From positions 5,767 to 69,766 of the forward strand of contig CAYXNS010000004.1 of NCBI GenBank assembly GCA_964466315.1: a stretch of 64,000 nt of DNA, in the 5' to 3' direction. Positions within the stretch are counted from its first letter, which is position 1; each line of letters begins with the position of its first letter. Both the position numbers and the translations under genes were made by a program. This stretch comes from an uncultured Gammaproteobacteria bacterium. GTDB lineage: Bacteria > Pseudomonadota > Gammaproteobacteria > Steroidobacterales > Rariloculaceae. The notes under the pieces are model-generated. The model was not told the origin of the DNA, ran no database searches, and saw only the letters and a program-made list of their open reading frames with translations. Positions 1 to 9,285 of this stretch are shown one piece after another.

Positions 1-856
1 TGCCGTTCAGCGGCACACGATCACCGAGATCGATTCCCGCGGCCCTGAGCTCGAGCCCGACCTCCGCAGCCTGAGGGATCCAGAGACCCATGTCATCACG
101 CACGAACAAACCGCGTTCGTCGATGAGGTCACGAGGCGTATAGGGTCCCAGGACTCTCTGCTCCTCGACGAGTAGCACGGTATCGACGCGATCGAAGACC
201 TCATCGACTTCGTGCTCGATGACCATCACGGTCAGCCCGGTCTTCTCACATACTCGGTCGATCGTCGCCAGCACGTCGGCGGTTCCCGCAGGATCGAGAT
301 TCGATGTGGGCTCGTCCAGGATCAGCACGGAGGGCTCGAGAGCGAGCATTGCGGCGAGCGCGACGCGCTGTTTCTCGCCTCCCGATAAGTGCAAAGTCTC
401 GCGCTGCCTGAACCCGTGTAAGCCGACGAGGTCTAGCGCGTAATCGATGCGGCGATGGATCTCCGGCGGCTCGAAGAGGTAATTTTCGAGCGCGAATCCC
501 ACTTCTTCCTCGACCGTCAGTGTGACGATCTGGTCCTCGGGATTCTGGAACAGCATGTTGATCAATCTGAAGCGTTCGGCCGACTCAAGTTCGCGGCGAT
601 TGACCAGCCCACGGTCGGGATGGTTGATCCTGAGCCGACCTTGATTTCGTCCACCGAAATAGTCGGGGTATATGCCCACTAGATTCAGGGCGAGCGTGCT
701 TTTTCCGGACCCGCTACGGCCGAGGATCAGTACGAACGATCCCGCGTCGATCTCGAATGAGACGTCGATCAGGGCGGGTGGGCCTTCGGGCTGGCCCGTG
801 GGAGGTTTGAACCAGAAACTGTAGTCCTCGACGACGAGGGCGGGATCGCCGGACAC
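1..856 (-). CDS. ABC/ECF-type transporter ATP-binding protein, 5' part (gene runs off the left edge; probably a duplicated-ATPase YkoD/CbiO-like protein)
   Basis: Own translation of the minus strand from GTG at 856: VSGDPALVVEDYSFWF... It has Walker A GRSGSGKST, Q-loop MLFQNP, signature LSGGEKQRVALA, Walker B VLILDEPTS and H-loop VIEHE, then a linker (...LWIPQAAEVGLELRAAGIDL...). There is no stop before position 1. It is absent from the ORF track because it is open-ended. Confidence 0.85.
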   Translation of the reverse strand, partial: MSGDPALVVEDYSFWFKPPTGQPEGPPALIDVSFEIDAGSFVLILGRSGSGKSTLALNLVGIYPDYFGGRNQGRLRINHPDRGLVNRRELESAERFRLINMLFQNPEDQIVTLTVEEEVGFALENYLFEPPEIHRRIDYALDLVGLHGFRQRETLHLSGGEKQRVALAAMLALEPSVLILDEPTSNLDPAGTADVLATIDRVCEKTGLTVMVIEHEVDEVFDRVDTVLLVEEQRVLGPYTPRDLIDERGLFVRDDMGLWIPQAAEVGLELRAAGIDLGDRVPLNG

Positions 857-867
857 GTCAGCCTAAC

Positions 868-1488
868 TCACGCGTGGCGTTTCCGGCCGCCGCCCAGAGC
901 GGGCGGGTTGTCGAGAGACGGTACGCCGGCATTCTCGAGTCCGCGTCCCAGGTGCCAGGCGATGACGCCCCAGAGCAGGCCGCCGAAAGCCGCGATCGTC
1001 ATGGAGATGAGCGCCCAGGTCGCACCGTCGACGAGTTGGAATCCGCCCTGACCGATAAACATCGCGCATTGGTTCACGACGGACGTTATGGCTACGGCCA
1101 GCGCGAACAGGAGTTGGCCACCCCGCCACCGCATTAATGCGATCGTTGTAGCACCGAACGCTGCCGGAAACAGTCCATAGAACATCAACACTGGGCCGTC
1201 GGGATCACCGGCGAACCAGCGCACGAGTGCGGTGACGCCGACGGCCAATATCACGATCATCGCGCGCTTACGGAGATAGACACCTGCGTAGAACAGGATC
1301 CACGTCGTGCCGTTATAGAAAGCGTAGATCGCGAAGCCCACCGGTCCTGTCGCCCATACCGTCCGCTCGAGAAAGCCGAGAAGCCCGATGATCTCGATCG
1401 CGGCCTGGATGACACCCAGAAGTACCGCAACCACGATATCCATCGTGTCGAGTTTGAAATCCTGACGGATTTGATAGGTGATATTCAT
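868..1488 (-). CDS. ECF transporter substrate-capture (S) component-like membrane protein, tentatively YkoE-like
   Basis: 206-aa ORF made of hydrophobic helices with a basic tail. The segment YLRKRAMIVILAVGVTALVRWFAGDPDGPVLMFYG...ALMRWRG resembles YkoE-type S components (from memory). Its stop is 12 nt upstream of the ATPase start. Confidence 0.55.
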   Translation of the reverse strand: MNITYQIRQDFKLDTMDIVVAVLLGVIQAAIEIIGLLGFLERTVWATGPVGFAIYAFYNGTTWILFYAGVYLRKRAMIVILAVGVTALVRWFAGDPDGPVLMFYGLFPAAFGATTIALMRWRGGQLLFALAVAITSVVNQCAMFIGQGGFQLVDGATWALISMTIAAFGGLLWGVIAWHLGRGLENAGVPSLDNPPALGGGRKRHA

Positions 1489-1780
1489 CGATGCCGATTC
1501 TATCCGAGTCCCTCTCGAGTTGTTACTTTCTTTCAGTCAGCCACAGAATCCCGAGTTTGGGTTCAATAGCTTCGGCAAGCTGCTGATAGATTTCCTCGTA
1601 GAGGATCCCGATTATCTGGCCGAGCCGTTTGCCGGGACGATGGAATGGGACTACGCACCGAATCTCGAATTCATTGGAATCGACTGTGACCCAGAAGTCT
1701 CGACGAGGCCGTGGGGAGATCTCGGCTCACCTGTGGTGACTAGAGTAGACTTCTCCGGTCTCTCTGAATCTCAATCCCGC

Positions 1781-2377
1781 CTATGCCCGTGCGATTCGGT
1801 AGATGAACGCCGGTGGAAGATTGAATGGCGTGAACTTCATTAGCGACGCCTCCAGGCCGAGACTCCGAAGCAGCGAGCGGCTGATCGGGCAGCGACCGCC
1901 GTAAGTGAATTGGTAGAGGCAACCATCGTCATGCAGAGATTTGAATACCTGAGACAGTACACGAATCTTGGTTCGGGTAGGAAAGAGTAAGAGAGGCAGG
2001 CTGCTAATGACAAAATCGGCTGGTTCGGCATCGGGGCAAAGATAACGGCGTAGCGAAACTGCGTTGGCTCTAACTACGGTCGCCTCCGGAAATCTCAGCG
2101 CGAGTATGTCCGCAAATTCCTCGTTTTGCTCAATCAACGTCAAGTCGTTCGCGTGGACGCCTGCGTCGAGAATGGCTGTAGTAACTGCTCCCGTGCCCGC
2201 GCCCAGTTCGATTACCTTTGAGCCTGGTTGTATGCGCGCGACCATCGAACTGGCGAGAAAACGACTGCTCGGCGCGAGTGCTCCCACACTGAAAGGTTGT
2301 CGCAGCATGTTCCGCAAAAAGTCGCCGAACTGTGGTCGAGACAGTTCATGCCTGATTTTGGCTTCGGCTCCGGACAT
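1781..2377 (-). CDS. Class I SAM-dependent methyltransferase (small phospholipid N-methyltransferase-like type)
   Basis: 198 aa with SAM motif I VIELGAGTGAVT, followed by an acidic residue after beta-2 (LTLIEQN). The overall pattern matches small rRNA-adenine/phospholipid MTase-like proteins. Confidence 0.7.
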   Translation of the reverse strand: MSGAEAKIRHELSRPQFGDFLRNMLRQPFSVGALAPSSRFLASSMVARIQPGSKVIELGAGTGAVTTAILDAGVHANDLTLIEQNEEFADILALRFPEATVVRANAVSLRRYLCPDAEPADFVISSLPLLLFPTRTKIRVLSQVFKSLHDDGCLYQFTYGGRCPISRSLLRSLGLEASLMKFTPFNLPPAFIYRIARA

Positions 2378-2521
2378 ACTAGAGTGACCTCTTTTCTCCG
2401 AGGGTTAAACGGGGAGAGCGATTGTATTTCTTGGCTTCTTATCGGTGCTTGAGTCTCAACATACGTGGCGAAGAGTCGGATGGCAATGGTTTCGGCCTGT
2501 TCCAAGGCTTGTTCCCGGCGA

Positions 2522-3682
2522 CTATAGCTTCGGCACACCCCTCTCGGTTACGTACATAACGGCAACAGAGAAAAGCCCCAGAATTGCGAATCCACCCACC
2601 AGGGGTAGCACCGTGCCGTCATACGACTGGCCGATCACCAAGCCGAGCAGCAGCGATATCATCGTTGCGAGCGAACCGATGACCGCGGCTCCGACACCGG
2701 CGATATGGCCGAGCGGTTCCATCGCCATGGCATTGAAGTTGCCGAAGACGAGACCCAGGCAGAAAAAGGCGATCGGACCCCAGGTCATTAACGTCCACAG
2801 CGGCGGATTACCTTGCATGGTCCAGGCGAAGACGAAGAACCCCGCTGACACGATGGTTAGCGCTCGGAGAGCATGCCAGGACAAGAGCCGCATCCCGTAG
2901 CGCATGACGAATCTCGCGTTGACGATCGATGAGCAACCGAGCGAAAGGGCGAGCGCCGCAAAGTACAGCGGAAAACGCGTACCCACATCGAACTGCGACT
3001 GAAAGATCTGTTGCGCGGAATTCAAGTAGCCGAGAAATGCACCGAATACCAATCCCGCAGCAATCGTATAACCTAGCGTGCAGCGATTGCGGCAGACCTC
3101 TCCAACAGCCAGGGCGATTCTTCGAAGAGAAAATGGAGTTCGCTGCTCGGGCGTGAGCGTCTCTTGCTGTCTCATGCCGAACCAGATCAGCACGATCAGT
3201 GCGAGACTCAACAGCAATGCGAATATCATGCGCCAGTTCGTGACAAAAAGAACGGCCTGACCGAGTGCCGGCGCAAGCATCGGTACGAGAATAAACACGG
3301 CCATTACGAAGGACATGATTCTCGCCATCGCGCGACCTTCGTACTGATCGCGTATTAAAGCGATCGTGACGATGCGTGGTGCCGCGGCACCGAAACCCTG
3401 CAACACGCGGCCGGCCAACATTATGGAGAAACTCGAGGCAGTCATGGCGAGGATCGAGCCGAGCATAAAAATTCCGAGACCGACGTATATCGGCGGCCTG
3501 CGGCCGACGCTGTCGGAAGCCGGACCATAGAACAATTGGCCTACCGCGAAGCCGACGAATTGCGCGGAAACGATGAGTTGAGTGCCGTTCTCTCGCTGTA
3601 CGTCGAGATCCATACCGATAGTCGACAGTGCTGGAAGCATGGCATCGATAGAGAGCGCAGCCAGTGAGGTCAGCAATGCCAT
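2522..3682 (-). CDS. MFS transporter, Bcr/CflA drug-efflux subfamily
   Basis: 386 aa, 12-TM-like. N-terminus LTSLAALSIDAMLPAL, MFS motif A GPASDSVGRRP. No canonical start exists further upstream in frame before a stop. Confidence 0.8.
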   Translation of the reverse strand: MALLTSLAALSIDAMLPALSTIGMDLDVQRENGTQLIVSAQFVGFAVGQLFYGPASDSVGRRPPIYVGLGIFMLGSILAMTASSFSIMLAGRVLQGFGAAAPRIVTIALIRDQYEGRAMARIMSFVMAVFILVPMLAPALGQAVLFVTNWRMIFALLLSLALIVLIWFGMRQQETLTPEQRTPFSLRRIALAVGEVCRNRCTLGYTIAAGLVFGAFLGYLNSAQQIFQSQFDVGTRFPLYFAALALSLGCSSIVNARFVMRYGMRLLSWHALRALTIVSAGFFVFAWTMQGNPPLWTLMTWGPIAFFCLGLVFGNFNAMAMEPLGHIAGVGAAVIGSLATMISLLLGLVIGQSYDGTVLPLVGGFAILGLFSVAVMYVTERGVPKL

Positions 3683-4099
3683 GAGCGAAACGAATTCGCC
3701 GAGCCGTAGATTCCCGTTCGCGTTGATCTCGTCTCCTGCCTTGTGTCAGCGCACAGGATAGTGCGCGGGAAACACCCTATTCGCGCTGCCCCGTCAGGTC
3801 AAGGCAGGCTAGGGTACGCCGATCTCGGAGAATTCCGTGAGACGCTCCATCAAGTAACCGAGCCCAGCGGCGAACGAGTAAACGCATTTCCCGAAACAGT
3901 TCGGCACCTCCTAGGTGGCGCGCAGACTGGTGCTGCGGGCAGCGCCCGTATCGGGCGGAATATGCGAGACGACATCGACGAGGAACACCTGCGCGATCAA
4001 GACATCGCATCCGGGTACCGGCCCGAGAACTCATCTCGGGAACATCTTTAAACGAGATGCCCGTGCCAAGGAAGAGGTATAGACAGGCGGATCCGATCG

Positions 4100-5083
4100 C
4101 TACACCAGCGACAGCACGATCTTGCCAAAATGTGTGCTGGCTTCCATGGCACGATGAGCTTCCGAGACGTCTTTGAGCGGCAGTACTTCGTGTATCAGCG
4201 GCTCGATTGCACCACTCGCGAATAGCGGCAGCACCTCACCGATGAAATGCTCCGTGATTGCGGTTTTCTCTTCTATAGGCCGGGAACGAAGGACAGATCC
4301 GATCACGTGTTGGCGCTTGACCATCAAACGCGCAAGATTGATCTCCGCCTTGGCGCCGCTCATGACGCCGATGATGACGAGGCGGCCTCCCACGGCCAGC
4401 GCTTTGAGATTATTCGTCAGATACGTCCTGCCGATGTGATCGAGGATAACGTCCACGCCGCGGCCCTCCGTGTCGCTGTGCGCGATCTCTTCGAATGCTT
4501 CATTGCGGTAGTCGATGACGCGATCGGCGCCAAGTGCCGACACGCGCTCGAGTTTGCCAGGCGACGCCGTGACGAGAACCCGGTTCGCAGGTGTAAGTTG
4601 TTTGCAAAGCTGGATCCCGGCGGTGTTAACGCCGCCACCGCCACCGTGCAGGAGCACGGCTTCGCCATCGGCGAGTCGACCAACGCTGAATATATTCAGA
4701 TGAGCCGTGATGTAAGTCTCGGTCACACATGCCGCCTGCTCGAAACTCAGTCGTTCGGGGATTCGGATGAGATGCCTCGCATAGGCGACCGCGTATTCCG
4801 CGTAGCCACCACCACCGACGAGACTCATAACGCGCTCACCGGGCTCACAGCCTGTTACTCTCGGCCCGAGTTTCTCTATTACGCCGGCTACCTCTAATCC
4901 CAGAATCTCGGAATCGCCTTTTGGCGGTGGGTAGTTGCCTGCCCGCTGGGTTAAATCCGCTCGATTGACGGAGGTCGCCGACACCCTTATGAGCACCTGG
5001 GCTACGCCGGGTTCCGGTATTGCCACATCCGCTAAACTCAGTACTTCGGGTCCGCCGAAGCCCGTCATCTGAACTGCTTGCAT
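4100..5083 (-). CDS. NAD(P)H:quinone oxidoreductase (zinc-independent MDR family, Qor/PIG3-like)
   Basis: MQAVQMTGFGGPEVLSL..., nucleotide-binding LLHGGGGGVNTAGIQL, C-terminal GKIVL. ATG at 5083 has GGAG 6 nt upstream; the track ORF starts at 5095. Confidence 0.85.
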   Translation of the reverse strand: MQAVQMTGFGGPEVLSLADVAIPEPGVAQVLIRVSATSVNRADLTQRAGNYPPPKGDSEILGLEVAGVIEKLGPRVTGCEPGERVMSLVGGGGYAEYAVAYARHLIRIPERLSFEQAACVTETYITAHLNIFSVGRLADGEAVLLHGGGGGVNTAGIQLCKQLTPANRVLVTASPGKLERVSALGADRVIDYRNEAFEEIAHSDTEGRGVDVILDHIGRTYLTNNLKALAVGGRLVIIGVMSGAKAEINLARLMVKRQHVIGSVLRSRPIEEKTAITEHFIGEVLPLFASGAIEPLIHEVLPLKDVSEAHRAMEASTHFGKIVLSLV

Positions 5084-5199
5084 TCGCCACTCCATGATCT
5101 GATTCCAGAGATCTTACCGCGTTCGGGCCCGCGGTTCGTTTGCTACGGCAGTCACTTCCCGCTATAAAGGCGCAGGCTTCAGGGGGAGTGCGTCCCGTA

Positions 5200-6711
5200 A
5201 TGAACGAAGAAACAATAAACGAGCCGCGCGACGACGGGTTAGACAATCTGGACTTACCCTCGATGGCGCCTGGGAGCCTGTTCAATCATTTTGGCCCCGG
5301 CTTGATCCTCATGATGACGGGCATCGGTACGAGTCATCTGATCACCGCGCCCGTCGCGGGTGGGCGTTTCGAATTCGCTCTGCTCTGGTGTCTGCCCGTT
5401 GCCTATATCTTCAAGTACTACGGTTTCGAGATGGCATTTCGATTTACGAACGCCACAGGCCGCAGCATACTGGATGCGTACTCCACGGCCTGGATGAAAC
5501 TGCCTGTCTGGTACGTGCTCGTCACGACCATCATTCAATCGGCTATAGGTCAGGCCGGCCGCTTGATTGCTGCGGCCGCCGTCGTTTTCTATTTCTTCCA
5601 CGAGCACATAGGCGTCGACATCAGTGGCGTCGAGGACGACATGGAGCTCGCGGTTTATGGTCTCATTCTCGGGGTCGCCTCGGTTGTGATTATTCTCCGC
5701 GGCCGCTACGGGGCGGTCGAAGTCGTGACGAAGATCGCTGCCGGTTTGTTGATCGTCTGCACGATCGGTGTCTATTTCTTCCGGCCGGCCCCCATGACCG
5801 AGTTTGTGCATTTCTTACAGCTCGATGTGCCCGAAGGCTCGTGGCTGATCATTGCGTCCTTTCTTGGGCTGCTGCCGACCGGCATCGATGTCTCGTTGCA
5901 GGCATCTGAATGGGGGAAAGCGAAAAAGGTCGGTATGGGCCGGATCCGCAGTGAACTCGAGGCACGAGGATTGGCCAAGCCCTACGATCCGTTCGCCGAG
6001 GGTAAGCAAGATCTCAGCGTCGACACGCTGCGGCTGCCTGCTCATGCGCGGGAGTATTGCCGTCGCTGGTTCAAGATCGGGCTATGGGATTTCCGTGCTG
6101 GCCACGTGATCTCTTTCATTCTGGCAAGCATTTTCTTGCTGCTGGCCGCCGTGTTGATGTATCCCAGTGACGTCGCGGGTAACGCCGTGATGGGCGAGAT
6201 CGCGACGATCTTCACGGAGACTGTCGGACCCGGCGCCATGGTCATCTTTCTTATGGGCGCTCTGGCAGCGACCTACTCGACCGCATTCAACTACTTCGAC
6301 GGCTGGCCGCGGGTAGTCGGCGCTTGCTGCCGGAATCTATTTCGCAGCACGGCCGCGCTGCCCGGAACGGCCCGCGAGGATCTCGGTGAAGAACACAAGA
6401 GCCGTTGGTATTCCGAGTACAATATCTACCGGATCAGCATGATGTTCTCGCTGGTGACCTCCGTCGCCATCATCGCCGGATTGCCGCGACCGGTCTATCT
6501 CGTACTCATCGCGTCGGCGCTTGCGTACTTTGTCGCGCCCGTCATCTTTTTCCTGAATCTATACTACTGTCTGACCGTGATTCCGAAAGAAGACAAGGCT
6601 TTCTATCCGTCGGCGTTTGCGAAGTGGTTCGGTTGGTTCAGCGTCGTGGTGTTCACGGGCATGTCCGTGATCCTGATCCTGCAGAGGCTGTGGGGCATCT
6701 CGCTCTTCTAG
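5200..6711 (+). CDS. NRAMP-like divalent metal cation transporter family membrane protein
   Basis: Polytopic ORF. FGPGLILMMTGIGTSHLITAPVAGG resembles the NRAMP N-terminal GPG...motif. ATG at 5200 has GGGGGAG about 11 nt upstream; the track start at 5140 is TTG. Confidence 0.65.
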   Translation: MNEETINEPRDDGLDNLDLPSMAPGSLFNHFGPGLILMMTGIGTSHLITAPVAGGRFEFALLWCLPVAYIFKYYGFEMAFRFTNATGRSILDAYSTAWMKLPVWYVLVTTIIQSAIGQAGRLIAAAAVVFYFFHEHIGVDISGVEDDMELAVYGLILGVASVVIILRGRYGAVEVVTKIAAGLLIVCTIGVYFFRPAPMTEFVHFLQLDVPEGSWLIIASFLGLLPTGIDVSLQASEWGKAKKVGMGRIRSELEARGLAKPYDPFAEGKQDLSVDTLRLPAHAREYCRRWFKIGLWDFRAGHVISFILASIFLLLAAVLMYPSDVAGNAVMGEIATIFTETVGPGAMVIFLMGALAATYSTAFNYFDGWPRVVGACCRNLFRSTAALPGTAREDLGEEHKSRWYSEYNIYRISMMFSLVTSVAIIAGLPRPVYLVLIASALAYFVAPVIFFLNLYYCLTVIPKEDKAFYPSAFAKWFGWFSVVVFTGMSVILILQRLWGISLF

Positions 6712-6838
6712 CGAGCGCTCGGGAACGCCAATCGTCCTGGTGGGGCCGCGGTCTTACCTGGTGTCACGTTCTACTGTATCGTTCGGGTCCGGCCGCAGCT
6801 ACCGCAGCCTGTGCCGACAGTCCGTGTGAGGAATTACC

Positions 6839-8029
6839 GTGCTCGAGACCCTAGAAGGATTACCGACAGATGCCATTCTCGGCATCATGGCCCTTTTCCG
6901 CGAGGACCAGGATCCCGGCAAGATCGACCTGAGCGTCGGTGTCTACCAGGACGAGGAAGGCTTGACGCCAATTCTCGAGTGCGTAAGGCGCGCAGAGCAG
7001 AAGCTGCTCGAGACTCAGCGGACGAAGAGTTATGTCGCGATCGCCGGTAACGCCGGGTTCAATTCAGGGATAGAGACGCTGTTATTCGGCGCGGATCATC
7101 CGGCCTTGCGTGACGGCCGCGTCTCCACGGTGCAAACACCGGGTGGCAGCGGTGGTCTTTGCGTCGCGGCGCATCTGATCTTGCGCGCTAATCCCGAAGC
7201 CAGAGTGTGGCTCAGCGATCCTTCATGGCCGAACCATTCGCCGTTGTTGAAGCTCGCTGGACTCTCGCTGGAGCAATATCCCTATTACGACTACGAGAAT
7301 CACTGCATCGATTTCGATGCGATGTTCGGCGCATTCGAGGGTCTGGACCGCGGTGAACTCGTGCTGCTGCACGGTTGCTGCCACAATCCGAGCGGTGCGG
7401 ATCTGTCACGCGAGCAGTGGAATGCGCTCGCTGAACAGTTCGAGCGCCGCGGTATCGTGCCATTCATCGATCTGGCTTATATCGGCTTGAGTGAGGGGCT
7501 CGAGGAGGATGCCTATGGCGTCCGAGTCATGGCTGAACGGCTGCCCGAGGTCGTAGTCGTGGCTTCGTGCTCGAAAAATCTCGGCCTCTACCGCGAGCGT
7601 GTAGGCTCCGCCAGCGTCGTGTCTAAGGACCCAGCGGCGGCCAAGATCACGCTAAGCAACGCGTCGAATGTCGCGCGAGGGATTTATTCCATGCCACCGG
7701 ATCACGGTGCGGCCATCGTTGCGGAGGTTCTTCACGACGATACATCGCGAGCGCTGTGGTTCGAGGAGCTTGGGGTGATGCGCGATCGCTTGAACGATTT
7801 GCGCCACCTGCTGGTCGATAAACTGGTGGAGCGCAATGCGCCACGCGATTTCTCATTCATCGCTCAAGAGCGGGGCATGTTCTCATTTCTTGGGATCTCT
7901 CGGGAACAAGTGATCCGGCTCAGGGAGGAATTCCACGTCTATATGGTGGAATCGAGTCGCATCAATATCGCCGGCGTGAATCAATCCAACGCCGAAACTG
8001 TCGCCGATGCGATCGTGGCAGTGCTCTAA
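6839..8029 (+). CDS. Aspartate/aromatic amino acid aminotransferase (AspC/TyrB class I)
   Basis: 396 aa. KIDLSVGVYQDEEG, PLP-lysine motif SCSKNLGLYRERVG, C-terminal SSRINIAG. Confidence 0.9.
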   Translation: MLETLEGLPTDAILGIMALFREDQDPGKIDLSVGVYQDEEGLTPILECVRRAEQKLLETQRTKSYVAIAGNAGFNSGIETLLFGADHPALRDGRVSTVQTPGGSGGLCVAAHLILRANPEARVWLSDPSWPNHSPLLKLAGLSLEQYPYYDYENHCIDFDAMFGAFEGLDRGELVLLHGCCHNPSGADLSREQWNALAEQFERRGIVPFIDLAYIGLSEGLEEDAYGVRVMAERLPEVVVVASCSKNLGLYRERVGSASVVSKDPAAAKITLSNASNVARGIYSMPPDHGAAIVAEVLHDDTSRALWFEELGVMRDRLNDLRHLLVDKLVERNAPRDFSFIAQERGMFSFLGISREQVIRLREEFHVYMVESSRINIAGVNQSNAETVADAIVAVL

Positions 8030-8063
8030 ATAACATAGCGTCGTCGCCATGCTGGGCTAGAAG

Positions 8064-9269
8064 ATGCGGCTGCCTTCTCCGTACGATCGGCTGCTGATTC
8101 CGATCTATGTGCCGTCGTTCCTGATGGCCATCAGCAACCAGGCGATGATTCTGCTGCTGCCGCTCTACGCGCTTCAGGTGCTGGATAGCCCCGTGTACGC
8201 GGCGCTGGTCGTCGGTTGCCGTGGGGTCGGTATCCTGATCTTTGACGTTCCCGCCGGTATGCTGGCCGGCCGCTTCGGCGACAAGGCCATCCTGTTGGGC
8301 GGGCTCATTACGCACGTTCTCGTCATGCTCGTGCTGGCGGTTGCATCGGCGGATTGGCTGCTGCCGGTGCTGGCGGTGCCCCTCGGCGCCAGCATGGCGG
8401 CCTGGTTTCTCGGTCGGCAGTCCTACATTATCGATAGTTGTGAGCTGAGCGAGCGCGGCCGCGCGATCGCCGTTATGGCGGGTATCAATCGCTCGGGCTT
8501 CTTCATCGGGCCGGTCGCCGGCGGCTTCCTCGCGGAACTGTTCGGTTATCCGATTGTGTTTGTCGTCGGTGCCGGATTCGCGCTCGTCGCGGCTGTCGTG
8601 GTGATCGCGTTCACACACAATATTCGTCCGAGGCGAATGTCCGATGCGACCGTGCTCACCGTAATCGGGCGGATCCTGAGCGGCAATCGTCGATTGTTCG
8701 CGACGGCTGGTTTCGCTGCGCTGACCATTCAGCTCATGCGTGCGACCCAGCAATTGCTCGTGCCGTTATTCGGCGCGCAGATCGGGTTGGACATTGCGAC
8801 GATCGGCTTCATCTATTCGCTCTGTGCGGCACTCGATATATCACTGTTCTATCCCGTGGGCGTCGTCATGGATCGCTGGGGTCGAAAGTGGACTGGCGTC
8901 CCGTCGATGCTGGTATTCGTTTCGGGTTTGATTCTGCTGCCGTTTGCGCAAGGATTCTACGGCCTGCTCGGTGCCGGGCTCGTCCTGGCGTTTGCGAACG
9001 GTCTGAGTACCGGAATCGTCATGATTGTCGGTATGGATATGGCGCCACCCGATCAACGTGGGCAGTTCCTCGGCGTGTGGCGCCTGCTCGGCGATCTAGG
9101 TGTCGTAAGCGGGCCGCTGGTTGCCGGCGTGCTCGTGAACGTCGCGACATTGGGCGTCGCCAGTTTTGCGGTGGCCGGGTTGGGTTTGCTGGGCGCCGGA
9201 TCGTTCCTGTTTCTCGTTCCCGAGACGCGGCGCCATGCCTCCGATGTGGAGTCCCTATCGACAGGATAA
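8064..9269 (+). CDS. MFS transporter
   Basis: 401 aa, 12 hydrophobic segments, motif-A-like GMLAGRFGDK. Confidence 0.75.
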   Translation: MRLPSPYDRLLIPIYVPSFLMAISNQAMILLLPLYALQVLDSPVYAALVVGCRGVGILIFDVPAGMLAGRFGDKAILLGGLITHVLVMLVLAVASADWLLPVLAVPLGASMAAWFLGRQSYIIDSCELSERGRAIAVMAGINRSGFFIGPVAGGFLAELFGYPIVFVVGAGFALVAAVVVIAFTHNIRPRRMSDATVLTVIGRILSGNRRLFATAGFAALTIQLMRATQQLLVPLFGAQIGLDIATIGFIYSLCAALDISLFYPVGVVMDRWGRKWTGVPSMLVFVSGLILLPFAQGFYGLLGAGLVLAFANGLSTGIVMIVGMDMAPPDQRGQFLGVWRLLGDLGVVSGPLVAGVLVNVATLGVASFAVAGLGLLGAGSFLFLVPETRRHASDVESLSTG

Positions 9270-9285
9270 GACTTGTGGCCTCGAG

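Noticed and set aside
5170-5200. GGGGGAGTGCG upstream of the NRAMP-like gene resembling the start of a yybP-ykoY manganese riboswitch.
   Set aside because: Only one short block is present and only about 100 nt of leader is available. The remaining conserved helices would have to lie inside the coding region. It is more simply the Shine-Dalgarno sequence.
7962-8753. Long antisense ORFs throughout the track (for example 7962-8753, 44424-45317, 58088-58948, 61047-61946, 25568-26293, 19932-20774).
   Set aside because: They lie opposite well-supported genes and are Arg/Pro/Gly/His-rich with no family features. They are the usual shadow ORFs of high-GC DNA.
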